A stretch of 64,000 nucleotides of DNA, taken from NCBI GenBank assembly GCA_034421015.1, contig DAOUKT010000024.1, forward strand, positions 16,404-80,403, in the 5' to 3' direction. Source of the stretch: Dehalococcoidia bacterium (GTDB lineage Bacteria > Chloroflexota > Dehalococcoidia > Lucifugimonadales > UBA2985). The translations under genes were made by a program, and so were the position numbers. A model generated the notes under the pieces. It had not been told where the DNA came from and ran no database searches. It saw only the letters and a program-made list of their open reading frames with translations. Position 1 is the stretch's first letter, and the number at the start of each line of letters is the position of its first letter. Of this stretch, positions 9,880 to 18,832 are shown in pieces.

Positions 9880-11045
9880 TTTTCACCCCTGAGAATTATG
9901 AGGCAGGTGGCGTCATCGAATTGGGGAGTGTCGCCTGCAAAGTCATACATATCATCGAAGATCTTCTCAACGGCCTCCTTGGCGCTGCGAGCGGGCGCGC
10001 CCTCGAACACCTTCTGAAGCCGCTCCACGCCGAACTGCTCGCCTTCGGCATTCAGGGCCTCGACCACGCCGTCCGTGTACATCACAACGCACTCCCCGGG
10101 GTTGAGGGCTATTCTGTCCTCTGCGTAGTCCAGATCGGGCCACAGCGCAAGGGCAACTCCCCCTGTCAGCGGCATAAGGCTGGAGCTCCCGTCCGCCAGA
10201 ACATGAAGCGGAGGGTTGTGGCCTCCGTTGGAGTAGATGAAGATGCCCGTCTCAGGATCGTACTCCGCATAGAACACGGTGACGAACATGGCGGTCTCAT
10301 TGTCGTCAGACAGGAGGTTGTTCACCTCGTGAAGGACTTCGCCGGGGCCGGCGCTGCCGATGGCCGCGCCCTTCATCAGCGTACGGCTGGACATCATGAA
10401 CAGGGCCGCAGGGACTCCCTTGTCGGAGACGTCCGCAACGGAGACCCCTATCTTCCCGTTCTCCAAGCGGATAACGTCGAAGAAGTCCCCTCCCACGTTG
10501 CGCGCCGGGTCCATGCTGCCATAGACCTGGTACCCTTCGCCGGACGGGAACTGGTTGGGAAGAATCGACTGCTGCATCTTGCTGGCAACGTCCAGCTCGT
10601 TCTGCAGAGCCACCAGCTTGTCCCGGGACGAAAGAGCCTCGCGCCAGTCCGCAACGTGCTGCAGGGTGCGCTCTATCGTTACCTGAAGGTCCTCAAAGTC
10701 AAGGGGCTTGGTAACGAAATCGAATGCTCCCCTGTTCATGGCGGTCCGAATGTTCTTCATATCCCCGTATGCGGATATGATGACTGCCCGCAGGTTGGGG
10801 TCAACCGCCGGTATCTGCTCAAGGAGGGTGAGACCGTCCATCTGGGGCATATTGATGTCAGAGAGCACCATGTCTATGCCCTCTATCCGATTCAGTTGCT
10901 CCAGGGCCTCTATGCCGTTATGCGCAAAGAGGAACTCATAGCGTCCGGCGCGAATGCTGCGCCTCATGCGCTGCAACATCAGCGGTTCAAGGTCAGTTTC
11001 GTCGTCGACAACCAGAATCTTGTAGGGTCTATCGGATGTGGTCAA
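9876..11045 (-). CDS. Response-regulator receiver fused to PP2C/SpoIIE phosphatase (RsbU/HsbR-like)
   Basis: 389 aa. The REC domain is marked by KILVVDDE ... LSDINMPQMDG. The PP2C region is marked by GGDFFDV and TDGVVEA. Confidence 0.9.
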   Translation of the reverse strand: MTTSDRPYKILVVDDETDLEPLMLQRMRRSIRAGRYEFLFAHNGIEALEQLNRIEGIDMVLSDINMPQMDGLTLLEQIPAVDPNLRAVIISAYGDMKNIRTAMNRGAFDFVTKPLDFEDLQVTIERTLQHVADWREALSSRDKLVALQNELDVASKMQQSILPNQFPSGEGYQVYGSMDPARNVGGDFFDVIRLENGKIGVSVADVSDKGVPAALFMMSSRTLMKGAAIGSAGPGEVLHEVNNLLSDDNETAMFVTVFYAEYDPETGIFIYSNGGHNPPLHVLADGSSSLMPLTGGVALALWPDLDYAEDRIALNPGECVVMYTDGVVEALNAEGEQFGVERLQKVFEGAPARSAKEAVEKIFDDMYDFAGDTPQFDDATCLIILRGEK

Positions 11046-11140
11046 TTTAGCCCCTCAATTCCCTCAGCCACGAATTAGCATCAGTCAAGACAAACCTCCC
11101 GGTCTGCCAGTGGCCGGCCACTCGCTGAGTGCGCTGCGAT

Positions 11141-11479
11141 TCAGCCGCCGATTGCAGAGATGGCGTCGGCCTGGGAGGCGTGAATGGGGATGATCTTGTC
11201 AAACCCGCTGACCTCAAATATCTCCCGGACGGGCTCCGAGAGGGAGCAGAGCGCAAACCTTGCGTCTCTCCTCTGGAGCGATTTGGCGGTCATCAGGACA
11301 ACGCGAATGCCGGCGCTGCTGATGTACATGAGGTCTTCAAAGTTGAGGATAACCGCTCGGTCCGCGTCGTCGATTGCCGCATCCAGGTCATCCTGGAACT
11401 CCCGGGCATTGGTCCCGTCTATCCGTCCATCGGCCCTGCAGACCAGGGTCTCTCCTGCACGCTCTGATGAGATAGCCAT
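11141..11479 (-). CDS. STAS-domain anti-sigma-factor antagonist (RsbV/SpoIIAA-like)
   Basis: 112 aa. LNFEDLMYISSAGIRVVL contains the phosphorylatable Ser context. It is the first gene of the minus-strand operon. Confidence 0.85.
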   Translation of the reverse strand: MAISSERAGETLVCRADGRIDGTNAREFQDDLDAAIDDADRAVILNFEDLMYISSAGIRVVLMTAKSLQRRDARFALCSLSEPVREIFEVSGFDKIIPIHASQADAISAIGG

Positions 11480-11646
11480 TACTCTTATCTCCCAACACGC
11501 ATAGATATTTTACTAGAGCAGCCAACTAAACCAAGACTACAACAATACGTGTTGGTTAGGCAATACCCTATCTCTACCGGCAAAGCTGTACCGGAACTGC
11601 TGCAGGCGCAGGAGTCCAGACGCAACGGGTGACTTTGGGCGAAAAA

Positions 11647-12582
11647 CTAGTACGCGTCCGGGCTTCGGAACCAGTCCACCGTATTCCTCAGTCCATCCTC
11701 AAGAGAGAATCCCGGCTCCCACCCCAGGCCGCTGCGCGCCGCGGATATGTCCAGGAATATCTTGAAGACCTCCCCGGTCCTGGCAGGCCCGTAAATCGCG
11801 TCGCCGCCGTAGTCCGTCAGTCTCTTCAGCAGCCTGAAGATGTCGTTTATCGACGACCCCAGGCCTGCGCCTATGTTGAACGACTTCCCGCTTCCCTTCT
11901 CCATCGCCATGACGGCGGCCTCTGCAACGTCGTAAACGTGGACAAAGTCCCGCTCCTGCTCCCCGGCGCCGAAAATGGTAACGGGCCTGCCTTCGAGCAT
12001 CGCCTGGGAGAATATCGCCACAACCCCCGCCTCGCCCTGGGGGTCCTGCCTGGGGCCGTAGACGTTGCCCAGCCGCAGAACGGTGTAGTCCAGGCCGGCG
12101 GACTCCCCGTAGACGTACAGGTACTTCTCCACGGCGTACTTGGACACTCCGTAGTGGGACAGGGGCCGGACGGGGTGGGCCTCGTCGCAGGGCAGATACA
12201 CTGGGTCGCCGTAGATTGCGCCTCCGCTTGAGGTGTAGACCACCTTCCCAACGCCGTACTTGACGCAGTTCTGCAGCAGGTTGAGGGAGCCGCGAACGTT
12301 GGTCTCCGCATCGAGAACAGGGTCCTGCATGGACCTTTGGACGCTGATCTGCCCGGCGAAGTGGAAGACGTACTCAGGCCTCTCGTGGGCAATCACGTCA
12401 TCCAAATCCGGCGATGCAATGTCGATGTCATACAACGTTGCGCCAGCGGGAAGGTTGGCCAGCCGGCCGGAGCGAAGGTCGTCCACCACGGCAACGTGAT
12501 GACCCAGCCCCGTCAGCCTGTCGACCGCGTGTGAGCCGATAAAGCCTCCGCCGCCCGTTACAAGCGCTCTCGCGGCCGCCAT
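11647..12582 (-). CDS. NAD-dependent epimerase/dehydratase (UDP-glucose 4-epimerase-like SDR)
   Basis: 311 aa with Rossmann motif VTGGGGFIGSH and catalytic YGVSK. Confidence 0.85.
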   Translation of the reverse strand: MAAARALVTGGGGFIGSHAVDRLTGLGHHVAVVDDLRSGRLANLPAGATLYDIDIASPDLDDVIAHERPEYVFHFAGQISVQRSMQDPVLDAETNVRGSLNLLQNCVKYGVGKVVYTSSGGAIYGDPVYLPCDEAHPVRPLSHYGVSKYAVEKYLYVYGESAGLDYTVLRLGNVYGPRQDPQGEAGVVAIFSQAMLEGRPVTIFGAGEQERDFVHVYDVAEAAVMAMEKGSGKSFNIGAGLGSSINDIFRLLKRLTDYGGDAIYGPARTGEVFKIFLDISAARSGLGWEPGFSLEDGLRNTVDWFRSPDAY

Positions 12583-12723
12583 CAGGACTGCTCCCTATCG
12601 AGGTGATTCCCGTTCATGGGTGTGGAGTATATCAGAGGCGCACCGGGATAGAAAGGACGAGCGTCCCGGGCCTTTCTCCATACGGGTTGGTAACGCCAAC
12701 GTCGGTTGGAGTCTAACTCCCTT

Positions 12724-12822
12724 CCCGCTCATGTGGTTCGACTGGCTCACCATGAGCAGTAAGACTGCGGACATAGCCGACACCGCTCATTTACTTCGAC
12801 AAGCTCAGTATGAGCGGCGTCG
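12724..12822. repeat. Family D hairpins, two tandem copies (conserved loop TTCGAC..GCTCA)
   Basis: Stems are ccgctcatg(12725-12733)/catgagcag(12751-12759) and ccgctcat(12783-12790)/atgagcgg(12810-12817). The loops contain ttcgactggctca and ttcgacaagctca. Confidence 0.6.
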
Positions 12823-12901
12823 CTCGCCATTACCAACGCCTGTTGAGAACAAACCCAGGACCTGCAACGCCTCCCCGCGTCAAGGCGGAGTCACGCCCCG
12901 G

Positions 12902-13573
12902 CTAGTCGCTGCTTTGAGGCGGCTTGTTCTTCATCAGGTACATCGCCCTCTCCGTCTCGACTACGTCCTCGGCCAGCGGATTCGCTCCGCCGAGCATCGA
13001 AGACCAGACGAATATCTGGGCCGCCCTCTCGACAAGCTCGCAGACGCCAAGGGCCTGTTCGGCGGTCCCGCCCACACCCAGGAGGCCGTGGTTCCTGAGC
13101 ATCACGGCGGCGCGGTCCTCCAGGGCGATGCACGCGCTCTCCGCAAGCTCGTCGCTGCCGGGAAAGCCGTAGTCCGCCACCTTCACCGCTCCCCCAACGG
13201 CGACTACCAACTCGTCGATGATGGGGGGAAGGTCAAGCCCTGACACGGCCAGCACGGAGGCGTATACGGAATGGGTGTGGACAACTGCGCCAACGTCTGC
13301 CCTAGCCCTGTAGACTGCCGCGTGGGTCAGGGTCTCAACGGAGGGCGCAAGATCGCCCTCAACGGGGTCGCCGGAGTAGTCCACAACGACCAGGTCTTCG
13401 CTGCTCATTCTATCGTATGGCAGCTGAGAGGGCGTTATCAGCAGAAGGCCCCTATCGCCGCTGCGCTCCAGGCACATGCTGACGTTGCCGCTGGCCCCAG
13501 ACACCAGGCCCCCGGAGGCCATTCGCTGCACCACGCGCAGCAGCTCTTCCCGCTCCCCTTGCCAACTGCTCAT
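12902..13573 (-). CDS. Class II aldolase/adducin-family protein
   Basis: ORF 12902..13687. I prefer the ATG at 13573 (MSSWQGE...), preceded by a GAGGGG-like RBS. Motifs: GASGNVS and VVHTHSVYAS. Confidence 0.8.
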   Translation of the reverse strand: MSSWQGEREELLRVVQRMASGGLVSGASGNVSMCLERSGDRGLLLITPSQLPYDRMSSEDLVVVDYSGDPVEGDLAPSVETLTHAAVYRARADVGAVVHTHSVYASVLAVSGLDLPPIIDELVVAVGGAVKVADYGFPGSDELAESACIALEDRAAVMLRNHGLLGVGGTAEQALGVCELVERAAQIFVWSSMLGGANPLAEDVVETERAMYLMKNKPPQSSD

Positions 13574-13655
13574 GATCAACCCCTCTATAAGGGCATGCCC
13601 TCCATGACGGCGCGAAGCTCGTCCAGGCCAGTTGTAGCATGGGACGGCAGCGCCT

Positions 13656-15032
13656 TCACGCCTCCCCCTCGCTGTCGGCCAGCGCATGGGCGGCCATCCG
13701 TCCGCTGCGCACCGCCCCCTCCATAGTGCCCGGCCAGCCGGTGTCCACCCACTCTCCCGCCAGAAAGAGGTTAGGTATGGGCGTCGCGCTGGGAAGGCGA
13801 AGGGCCTCCGCGCCGGGGATGCAGCGGAACGTGGCGCGGGGCTGCTTCACAACCAGCAGGCGCTCCACTGAAGCCTCTCCGGCCCTTGGGAAGGCTCGCT
13901 CCATCTCGCGGATAAACATCTCGCGAATCTCCTGCTTGGGCATATCGGCGTACCGCCACGCGCCGCTCAGCGAGATGCACAGGTACTGCCCGGCATCCTC
14001 GCCGTTGCCGCTCATCCGGGTCTTGTTGAAAACCCACTGCAGGGGGCTGTCCACAAAACCGCAGAAGGTCTCCTCCATAACCGGCCTGTCGTACCAGATG
14101 TGCACGTCAACGATGGGCGAGTATGACAAGCCCTGGGCCCGGGAGAAGAAGTCACCCTCCGCCAGCGGACGGGGAAGCATCGACACAAGGTCGTAGGAGG
14201 GCAGGGCTGATATGTACCAGTCGCCTTTGACGGTCCCGCTGGACGTCTGAACGCCGCACACCCTGCCGCCTTCCACCGCGATCTCTCTGGCGGCCGCGGC
14301 CGCCATCACCTCCCCTCCCCTGTCCGACAGGTATGACCTGGCAGCCTCGGACACAAGCTCCGTCAGCCCCACTCTGGCGTACCCGATGGCCGCGCTGGCC
14401 CCGGACTTCAGCACCCCCTCCTGGAACACCATCAGCCCCATGTCGGCGCTGACCTCCGATATGTCGTCGTTGAGGGTGGGAAGTATGATGAGGTTCCAGA
14501 ACCTGTCTATGACCGAATCCGTCTGGCGATGTCGCTTCAGCCACGCTGCAAAGGTCTCTTCGCCGGCGCCCCCCTTCCCGTTTCTTCGATTGGCAAGATG
14601 GATGCGGAGACCGCCGTAGAGGACGCGGAGCTTCTCGCTCCAGGACAGGTGAGGATAGCTCAGCAGGGATGGCGCAAGATGCAGGGGCGCGGGCAGACCG
14701 GCGCTTCGCAGGAAACCGCGCTTGCCGCCATCGGCCAGCACTGGGACGTCCAGCCTTGGAGGGATGTGGGTGTTCTCCAGGACTCCCAGCTTCTTGAGGA
14801 AGTCCATGTAGGCGGTGCAGCAGCCAAGGAACACGTGCTGGCCGTTGTCCACCTCCTGGCCCGTATCCGGCTCCGGGAAGGAGAAGGCCCGGCCTCCCAG
14901 GAAGGGCCTCTTCTCCATGAGGACCACCGGGTGACCGCGGTCGGCCAGGTCGCAGGCGGCGGCCATTCCCGCGAGCCCGCCCCCGATAACTACGACCTTT
15001 CCGTGACCCTTGCCGCCAGTCCGTTCGCCCAT
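13656..15032 (-). CDS. hpnE: FAD-dependent amine-oxidase-type desaturase, hydroxysqualene dehydroxylase-like
   Basis: 458 aa with FAD motif VVVIGGGLAGMAAA. It lies directly downstream of two squalene/phytoene-synthase paralogues, which is the HpnCDE arrangement. Confidence 0.75.
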   Translation of the reverse strand: MGERTGGKGHGKVVVIGGGLAGMAAACDLADRGHPVVLMEKRPFLGGRAFSFPEPDTGQEVDNGQHVFLGCCTAYMDFLKKLGVLENTHIPPRLDVPVLADGGKRGFLRSAGLPAPLHLAPSLLSYPHLSWSEKLRVLYGGLRIHLANRRNGKGGAGEETFAAWLKRHRQTDSVIDRFWNLIILPTLNDDISEVSADMGLMVFQEGVLKSGASAAIGYARVGLTELVSEAARSYLSDRGGEVMAAAAAREIAVEGGRVCGVQTSSGTVKGDWYISALPSYDLVSMLPRPLAEGDFFSRAQGLSYSPIVDVHIWYDRPVMEETFCGFVDSPLQWVFNKTRMSGNGEDAGQYLCISLSGAWRYADMPKQEIREMFIREMERAFPRAGEASVERLLVVKQPRATFRCIPGAEALRLPSATPIPNLFLAGEWVDTGWPGTMEGAVRSGRMAAHALADSEGEA

Positions 15033-15865
15033 AACCTCGCCATTAGCAGGAGCTTCTCCCGGGTGCTGAGGCCAACCCTCCTGCCGAACACGTTGTAGCC
15101 GGACGCCTCAATCCGGTCCAGAATGCGGCTGTATGTGCCGTGAAGCACAGCCGGACACGCCCGGGACCTGGGGGACAGCAGGGGTAGAAGCTGCCTGCCC
15201 TTCTTGAAGTACTCCCTTGCCCGCTCCACCTGGAACCTCATAAGCTCCCTGAAGTTGTCGTTCACCACCCCGCGGAACAGCTCATCCTCCGTGCAGCCGA
15301 ACCGGGACAGCTCGTCCTGGGGCAGGTAAATCCTGTCGCGCTCCAGGTCCTCCTCCACGTCCCGCAGGATGTTCGTCAGCTGCATAGCCAGCCCCAGGTC
15401 GACGGCGTACTCCACCGCCCTGGTGTCATTGTATCCGAATATCTCGATGCAGATCAGGCCCACCGACGAGGCCACCCGATAGCAGTATTCCCTCAGCTCC
15501 TCGAAGGTGGCGTACCGCGTCTTGGATATGTCCATCTCGACGCCGAGGATCACGTCTTCCAGATGCTCAGCCGGAATCTTGTACGTCTGGACGGCGTCCT
15601 CCAGGGCAACGTACACCTGGCCGCGAGGGTCGCCTGAGCGGGCGCTGGCAAGCAGGTCTCTCTGCTCCGCCACCAGCCGCAGCTTCTCGTCGTCCTCAAT
15701 GAAGTCGTCCGTCGCGTCGTCGCACAGGCGGCAGAAGGCGTAGACGGCGTAGATCGCCCTGCGCTTGGCAGGAGGCAGGGTGATGAAGGCGTAGTAGAAG
15801 TTCCTGGCGCGCTCTTTGGTGAGGCTCCGGCAAAACTCGTACGCCCGGTCCAGGTCACTGGCCAT
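14990..15865 (-). CDS. hpnD: Squalene/phytoene synthase family protein, presqualene diphosphate synthase-like
   Basis: 291 aa with SRNFYYAF-type N-terminus (ARNFYYAF), Asp-rich LCDDATDD and DVEED. Confidence 0.75.
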   Translation of the reverse strand: MASDLDRAYEFCRSLTKERARNFYYAFITLPPAKRRAIYAVYAFCRLCDDATDDFIEDDEKLRLVAEQRDLLASARSGDPRGQVYVALEDAVQTYKIPAEHLEDVILGVEMDISKTRYATFEELREYCYRVASSVGLICIEIFGYNDTRAVEYAVDLGLAMQLTNILRDVEEDLERDRIYLPQDELSRFGCTEDELFRGVVNDNFRELMRFQVERAREYFKKGRQLLPLLSPRSRACPAVLHGTYSRILDRIEASGYNVFGRRVGLSTREKLLLMARLWANGLAARVTERS

Positions 15866-15891
15866 GAACGCCTCCCGGCCCTCCGGCGAGA

Positions 15892-16782
15892 TTATCGGTT
15901 GCTTCTCTTCAGCTTTAGCCTGGCCGCCGTGCTCGCGACAAGCCAGGCCCTTGAGAGCTTGGAAAGGGTTGGACGGCTACCCAGAACGTCGTAGTTGCGG
16001 CGTTCGATGGCGTTGAGAATGTGCAGACCGCCTTTGGTGAACAGGGCGATGTCCAGCCGCGCCGGCCCGTCAACCAGGTCCACCAGCCCGGCGCCCTGCC
16101 GGAAGAGGTCCCTGGCGCGGTCGACCTCAAAGCGCATCAGGGCCCTGAAGGAGTCGTCCGCCAGTCCCTTTTGCAGCTTGTCCTCGGAGTACCCGAAACG
16201 CTCCATATCCTCCTGGGGGATGTAGACGCGGCCCATGTCCCAGTCCCGGCGCACGTCCTGCCAGAAGTTGGTCAGCTGGAGCGCAGTGCAGGTGGCGTCC
16301 GCCAGCCGCTGCCTCTCAGCGTCCCTGTACCCGAACAGGTACAGGAATAGATGCCCGACGGGATTGGCGGAGTGGTCGCAGTAGAACAGCAGGTCGTCGT
16401 AGGTGGGATGGCGGCCGGCTCCCTGGTCCATGCGGTTGGCCTCCACCAGCTTGAGAAACGGCTCCCTGGGGATCTCAAAGCGATGGATAGTCTCTCGGAG
16501 GGCAATCGAGACGGGATGTGTGGGCGTGCCGTCGTAGCAGCTGCGAAGCTCCTCCTCCCACCAGTCCAGCAGGCTCAGGCGGTCTCCCGGCGACTCATCG
16601 CCAAGGTCGTCTACAAAGCGGCAGTAGGCGTAGACGGCGTAGACGTGAGGCCGCTTCTCACGGGGAAGAAACCACGAGGCTACTGTGAAGTTCTCGTAGT
16701 GAGACCTGGCGAGCTTCCGGCAGTACTCATACGACTGCTCCACGCTCCAACGGCTGCGAGCGCCCGCAATGAGGGAGTCCAT
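15892..16782 (-). CDS. hpnC: Squalene/phytoene synthase family protein, hydroxysqualene synthase-like
   Basis: 296 aa with HYENFTVAS, Asp-rich FVDDLGDE and WQDVRRD. Confidence 0.75.
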   Translation of the reverse strand: MDSLIAGARSRWSVEQSYEYCRKLARSHYENFTVASWFLPREKRPHVYAVYAYCRFVDDLGDESPGDRLSLLDWWEEELRSCYDGTPTHPVSIALRETIHRFEIPREPFLKLVEANRMDQGAGRHPTYDDLLFYCDHSANPVGHLFLYLFGYRDAERQRLADATCTALQLTNFWQDVRRDWDMGRVYIPQEDMERFGYSEDKLQKGLADDSFRALMRFEVDRARDLFRQGAGLVDLVDGPARLDIALFTKGGLHILNAIERRNYDVLGSRPTLSKLSRAWLVASTAARLKLKRSNR

Positions 16783-16794
16783 GTCCCCCTTTCG

Positions 16795-17238
16795 TCATAC
16801 GCCCAGGATCTGTACCACGACCTCCCTGGGCCGAGGCATATCCAGCTCAATGAGAAACACCCTCTGCCACCGTCCCAGCTGGAGCTGGCCGTTCACTATC
16901 GGTATGTTCTCGCTGGTGCCGAGCAGAAGATGCTGGCAATGGGCATGGCCGTTGGGACACTCGTCCTCGGTCATGTTCACCGTGCGGATGGAGAAGTCGT
17001 TGTGCTGGTAGTCGCCGTTGCGGGACGCCACCTTCTCCAGGAAGGCGGTCATGTCGTTCAGAAGCAGGGGCTCGTTTTCGTTTATCCGGATGGCGGCCGT
17101 CGTGTGCTTTGAGTAGACCACGGCAAAGCCGTTTTGCACCTCCGAATCTCTGACGTACCCGCAAACCCCGTCCGTGATATCTATGAACTCGGGCGCAGTG
17201 GTGGTGTCCATCTTGATGCAGTAGGTGCTCGCTTTCAT
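16795..17238 (-). CDS. yjbQ: YjbQ/UPF0047 family (secondary thiamine-phosphate synthase-like)
   Basis: ORF 16795..17322. I prefer the ATG at 17238 (MKAST...), preceded by a GAGAGG RBS. Motifs: SKHTTAAIRINENE and HCQHLLLG. Confidence 0.85.
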   Translation of the reverse strand: MKASTYCIKMDTTTAPEFIDITDGVCGYVRDSEVQNGFAVVYSKHTTAAIRINENEPLLLNDMTAFLEKVASRNGDYQHNDFSIRTVNMTEDECPNGHAHCQHLLLGTSENIPIVNGQLQLGRWQRVFLIELDMPRPREVVVQILGV

Positions 17239-17390
17239 TGACCTCTCTAGTCTCCTTACCATGGCTGGTCTCCCCTTACTCCAAGTTTTCAACCTATCAT
17301 AGCGATGTAATTTTTGCAACATCTCCAGGCGGATTATGCACGATTCCGCCCATACGCGCCGCCTCCGGGCACCCCGACGACGAAACTTGC

Positions 17391-18554
17391 CTACCGCTGC
17401 CGGGTCAGCAGGAAGTCCACAAGCTCCTGCATCTCCCCGCGGGCGGCCTCCGTAGTCTCAGCGCTCCGCATGGCCTGCTGCGCCAGCCCCGCCTGACGCT
17501 CTGCGAGCCTCTGGACGTAGGCCCTGACGCCCAGTTCCTCCATTACCTCCATCAAGGCGGCGACGTCCCCGTCGTCCACCTCATCTTTGGAATATGCCGA
17601 CTGAATCAGCTCTCTCTGCACGCCGTCCGCCCTCTCAAGGGCGTAGACCAGGGGCAGGGAGTTCTTCCTCCGGCGCAGGTCGCTGCCTATTGGCTTGCCG
17701 GTCTCCTCCTCGGATCCCCACACGCCCAGGTAGTCGTCCCTTATCTGGAAGGCCAGCCCCAAGTAGCTTCCGCAGTTGGACAGGGCCTGCACAGTCTCCG
17801 AGTCCCCTCCCCCGGCCAGGGAACCCATCTGCATGGAGCAGCGAATCAACGCCCCCGTCTTCTTCGCTATCATCTCCAGGTATCCGGCCGTGTCCACATC
17901 CGTCCGACCCTCGAAGTCCATGTCCATGTACTGGCCCTCTATCATCTCAAGGTAGGCCTCGCTGAGCGCACGGCTGCAGGCCGACGCCACTTCCGGCGCG
18001 AGCTTGTCGCCGGAGAGTCCCTGCACTCCCAGGTCCGCCGTGATACGCATCACGTTACCGGCGTGCAGCGCCTTGGGCTTGCCCCAGACTGCCCACACCG
18101 TTGGCCGGTGGTGGCGCAGCAGGTCGCCGTCCTGGATGTCGTCGTGGATGAGGGAGAAGTTGTGCACAAGCTCCAGCGCAGCGGCCGCCGGCAGAGCCTG
18201 CTCCAGCCTACCGCCCACGGCCTCGCATGCGAACATGCAGAGGGAGGGACGGAGTCGCTTCCCCTGGCCCAGGGCCGTTGCGGCCCCCCTCTCATCGACC
18301 CAGCCCATGTGGTACCTGAGCATAGTGGAGATGTCCGGGTCGTTGGGAGAAAGGAGAGCGCCAAGGGCCTCTTCGATTCCAGCCAGGTATCTCTGGAGGA
18401 TATCGGGAACGCCCCCGTTCAGGCGTCGCGAGCCTTGCGCGGACGGCTCTCCGCCGGCGCCCGAGGCTGTAAAGTCGATGGCCGTCTGTTGGTCTGGCAC
18501 TCTGCTACTTGCTCCACCGGGATACTTCGCATTGCGATGTACGCAGAATAGCAT
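17391..18554 (-). CDS. Polyprenyl diphosphate synthase (FPP/GGPP synthase family)
   Basis: 387 aa with first Asp-rich motif LIHDDIQD and second FQIRDDYLG. The N-terminus is long, so the true start may be internal. Confidence 0.85.
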   Translation of the reverse strand: MLFCVHRNAKYPGGASSRVPDQQTAIDFTASGAGGEPSAQGSRRLNGGVPDILQRYLAGIEEALGALLSPNDPDISTMLRYHMGWVDERGAATALGQGKRLRPSLCMFACEAVGGRLEQALPAAAALELVHNFSLIHDDIQDGDLLRHHRPTVWAVWGKPKALHAGNVMRITADLGVQGLSGDKLAPEVASACSRALSEAYLEMIEGQYMDMDFEGRTDVDTAGYLEMIAKKTGALIRCSMQMGSLAGGGDSETVQALSNCGSYLGLAFQIRDDYLGVWGSEEETGKPIGSDLRRRKNSLPLVYALERADGVQRELIQSAYSKDEVDDGDVAALMEVMEELGVRAYVQRLAERQAGLAQQAMRSAETTEAARGEMQELVDFLLTRQR

Positions 18555-18644
18555 GGGTGATACCGGGTGTCAAGGATTATCACTATTGCGAATGCGGCCA
18601 CAGGGCTGGAGCGAAATGGGCTCCGGGGGGCCCACGCCCCGCCC

Positions 18645-18806
18645 CTGGACTCCTGCCTGCGCAGGAGTGGTTGGCGCTCTCCTCACCGTCATTCCGGCGG
18701 AAGCCGGAATCCAGAGCGTCCGATATAGATGGCAATAGATTCCCGTTGTCGCGAGAATGACTAGGAGCGTATTGCCTCCGAGATGCCGCCGTAGTTACGG
18801 AAGAGT
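18645..18806 (+). repeat. Family A dispersed palindromic repeat
   Basis: gtcattccggcggaagccggaatcc, spacer agagcgtccgatatagatggcaatagat, then tcccgttgtcgcgagaatgac, plus the shared flank gcgtattgcctccgagatgccgccgtagtt. Confidence 0.8.
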
Positions 18807-18832
18807 ATCCCTACCCAGGAGTGGACGCGCGC

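Noticed and set aside
12620-13243. 207-aa plus-strand ORF spanning the aldolase gene and the family D repeat region.
   Set aside because: It runs antisense to the class II aldolase gene and through the repeat hairpins (which give the peptide LRQAQYER). It has no motifs.
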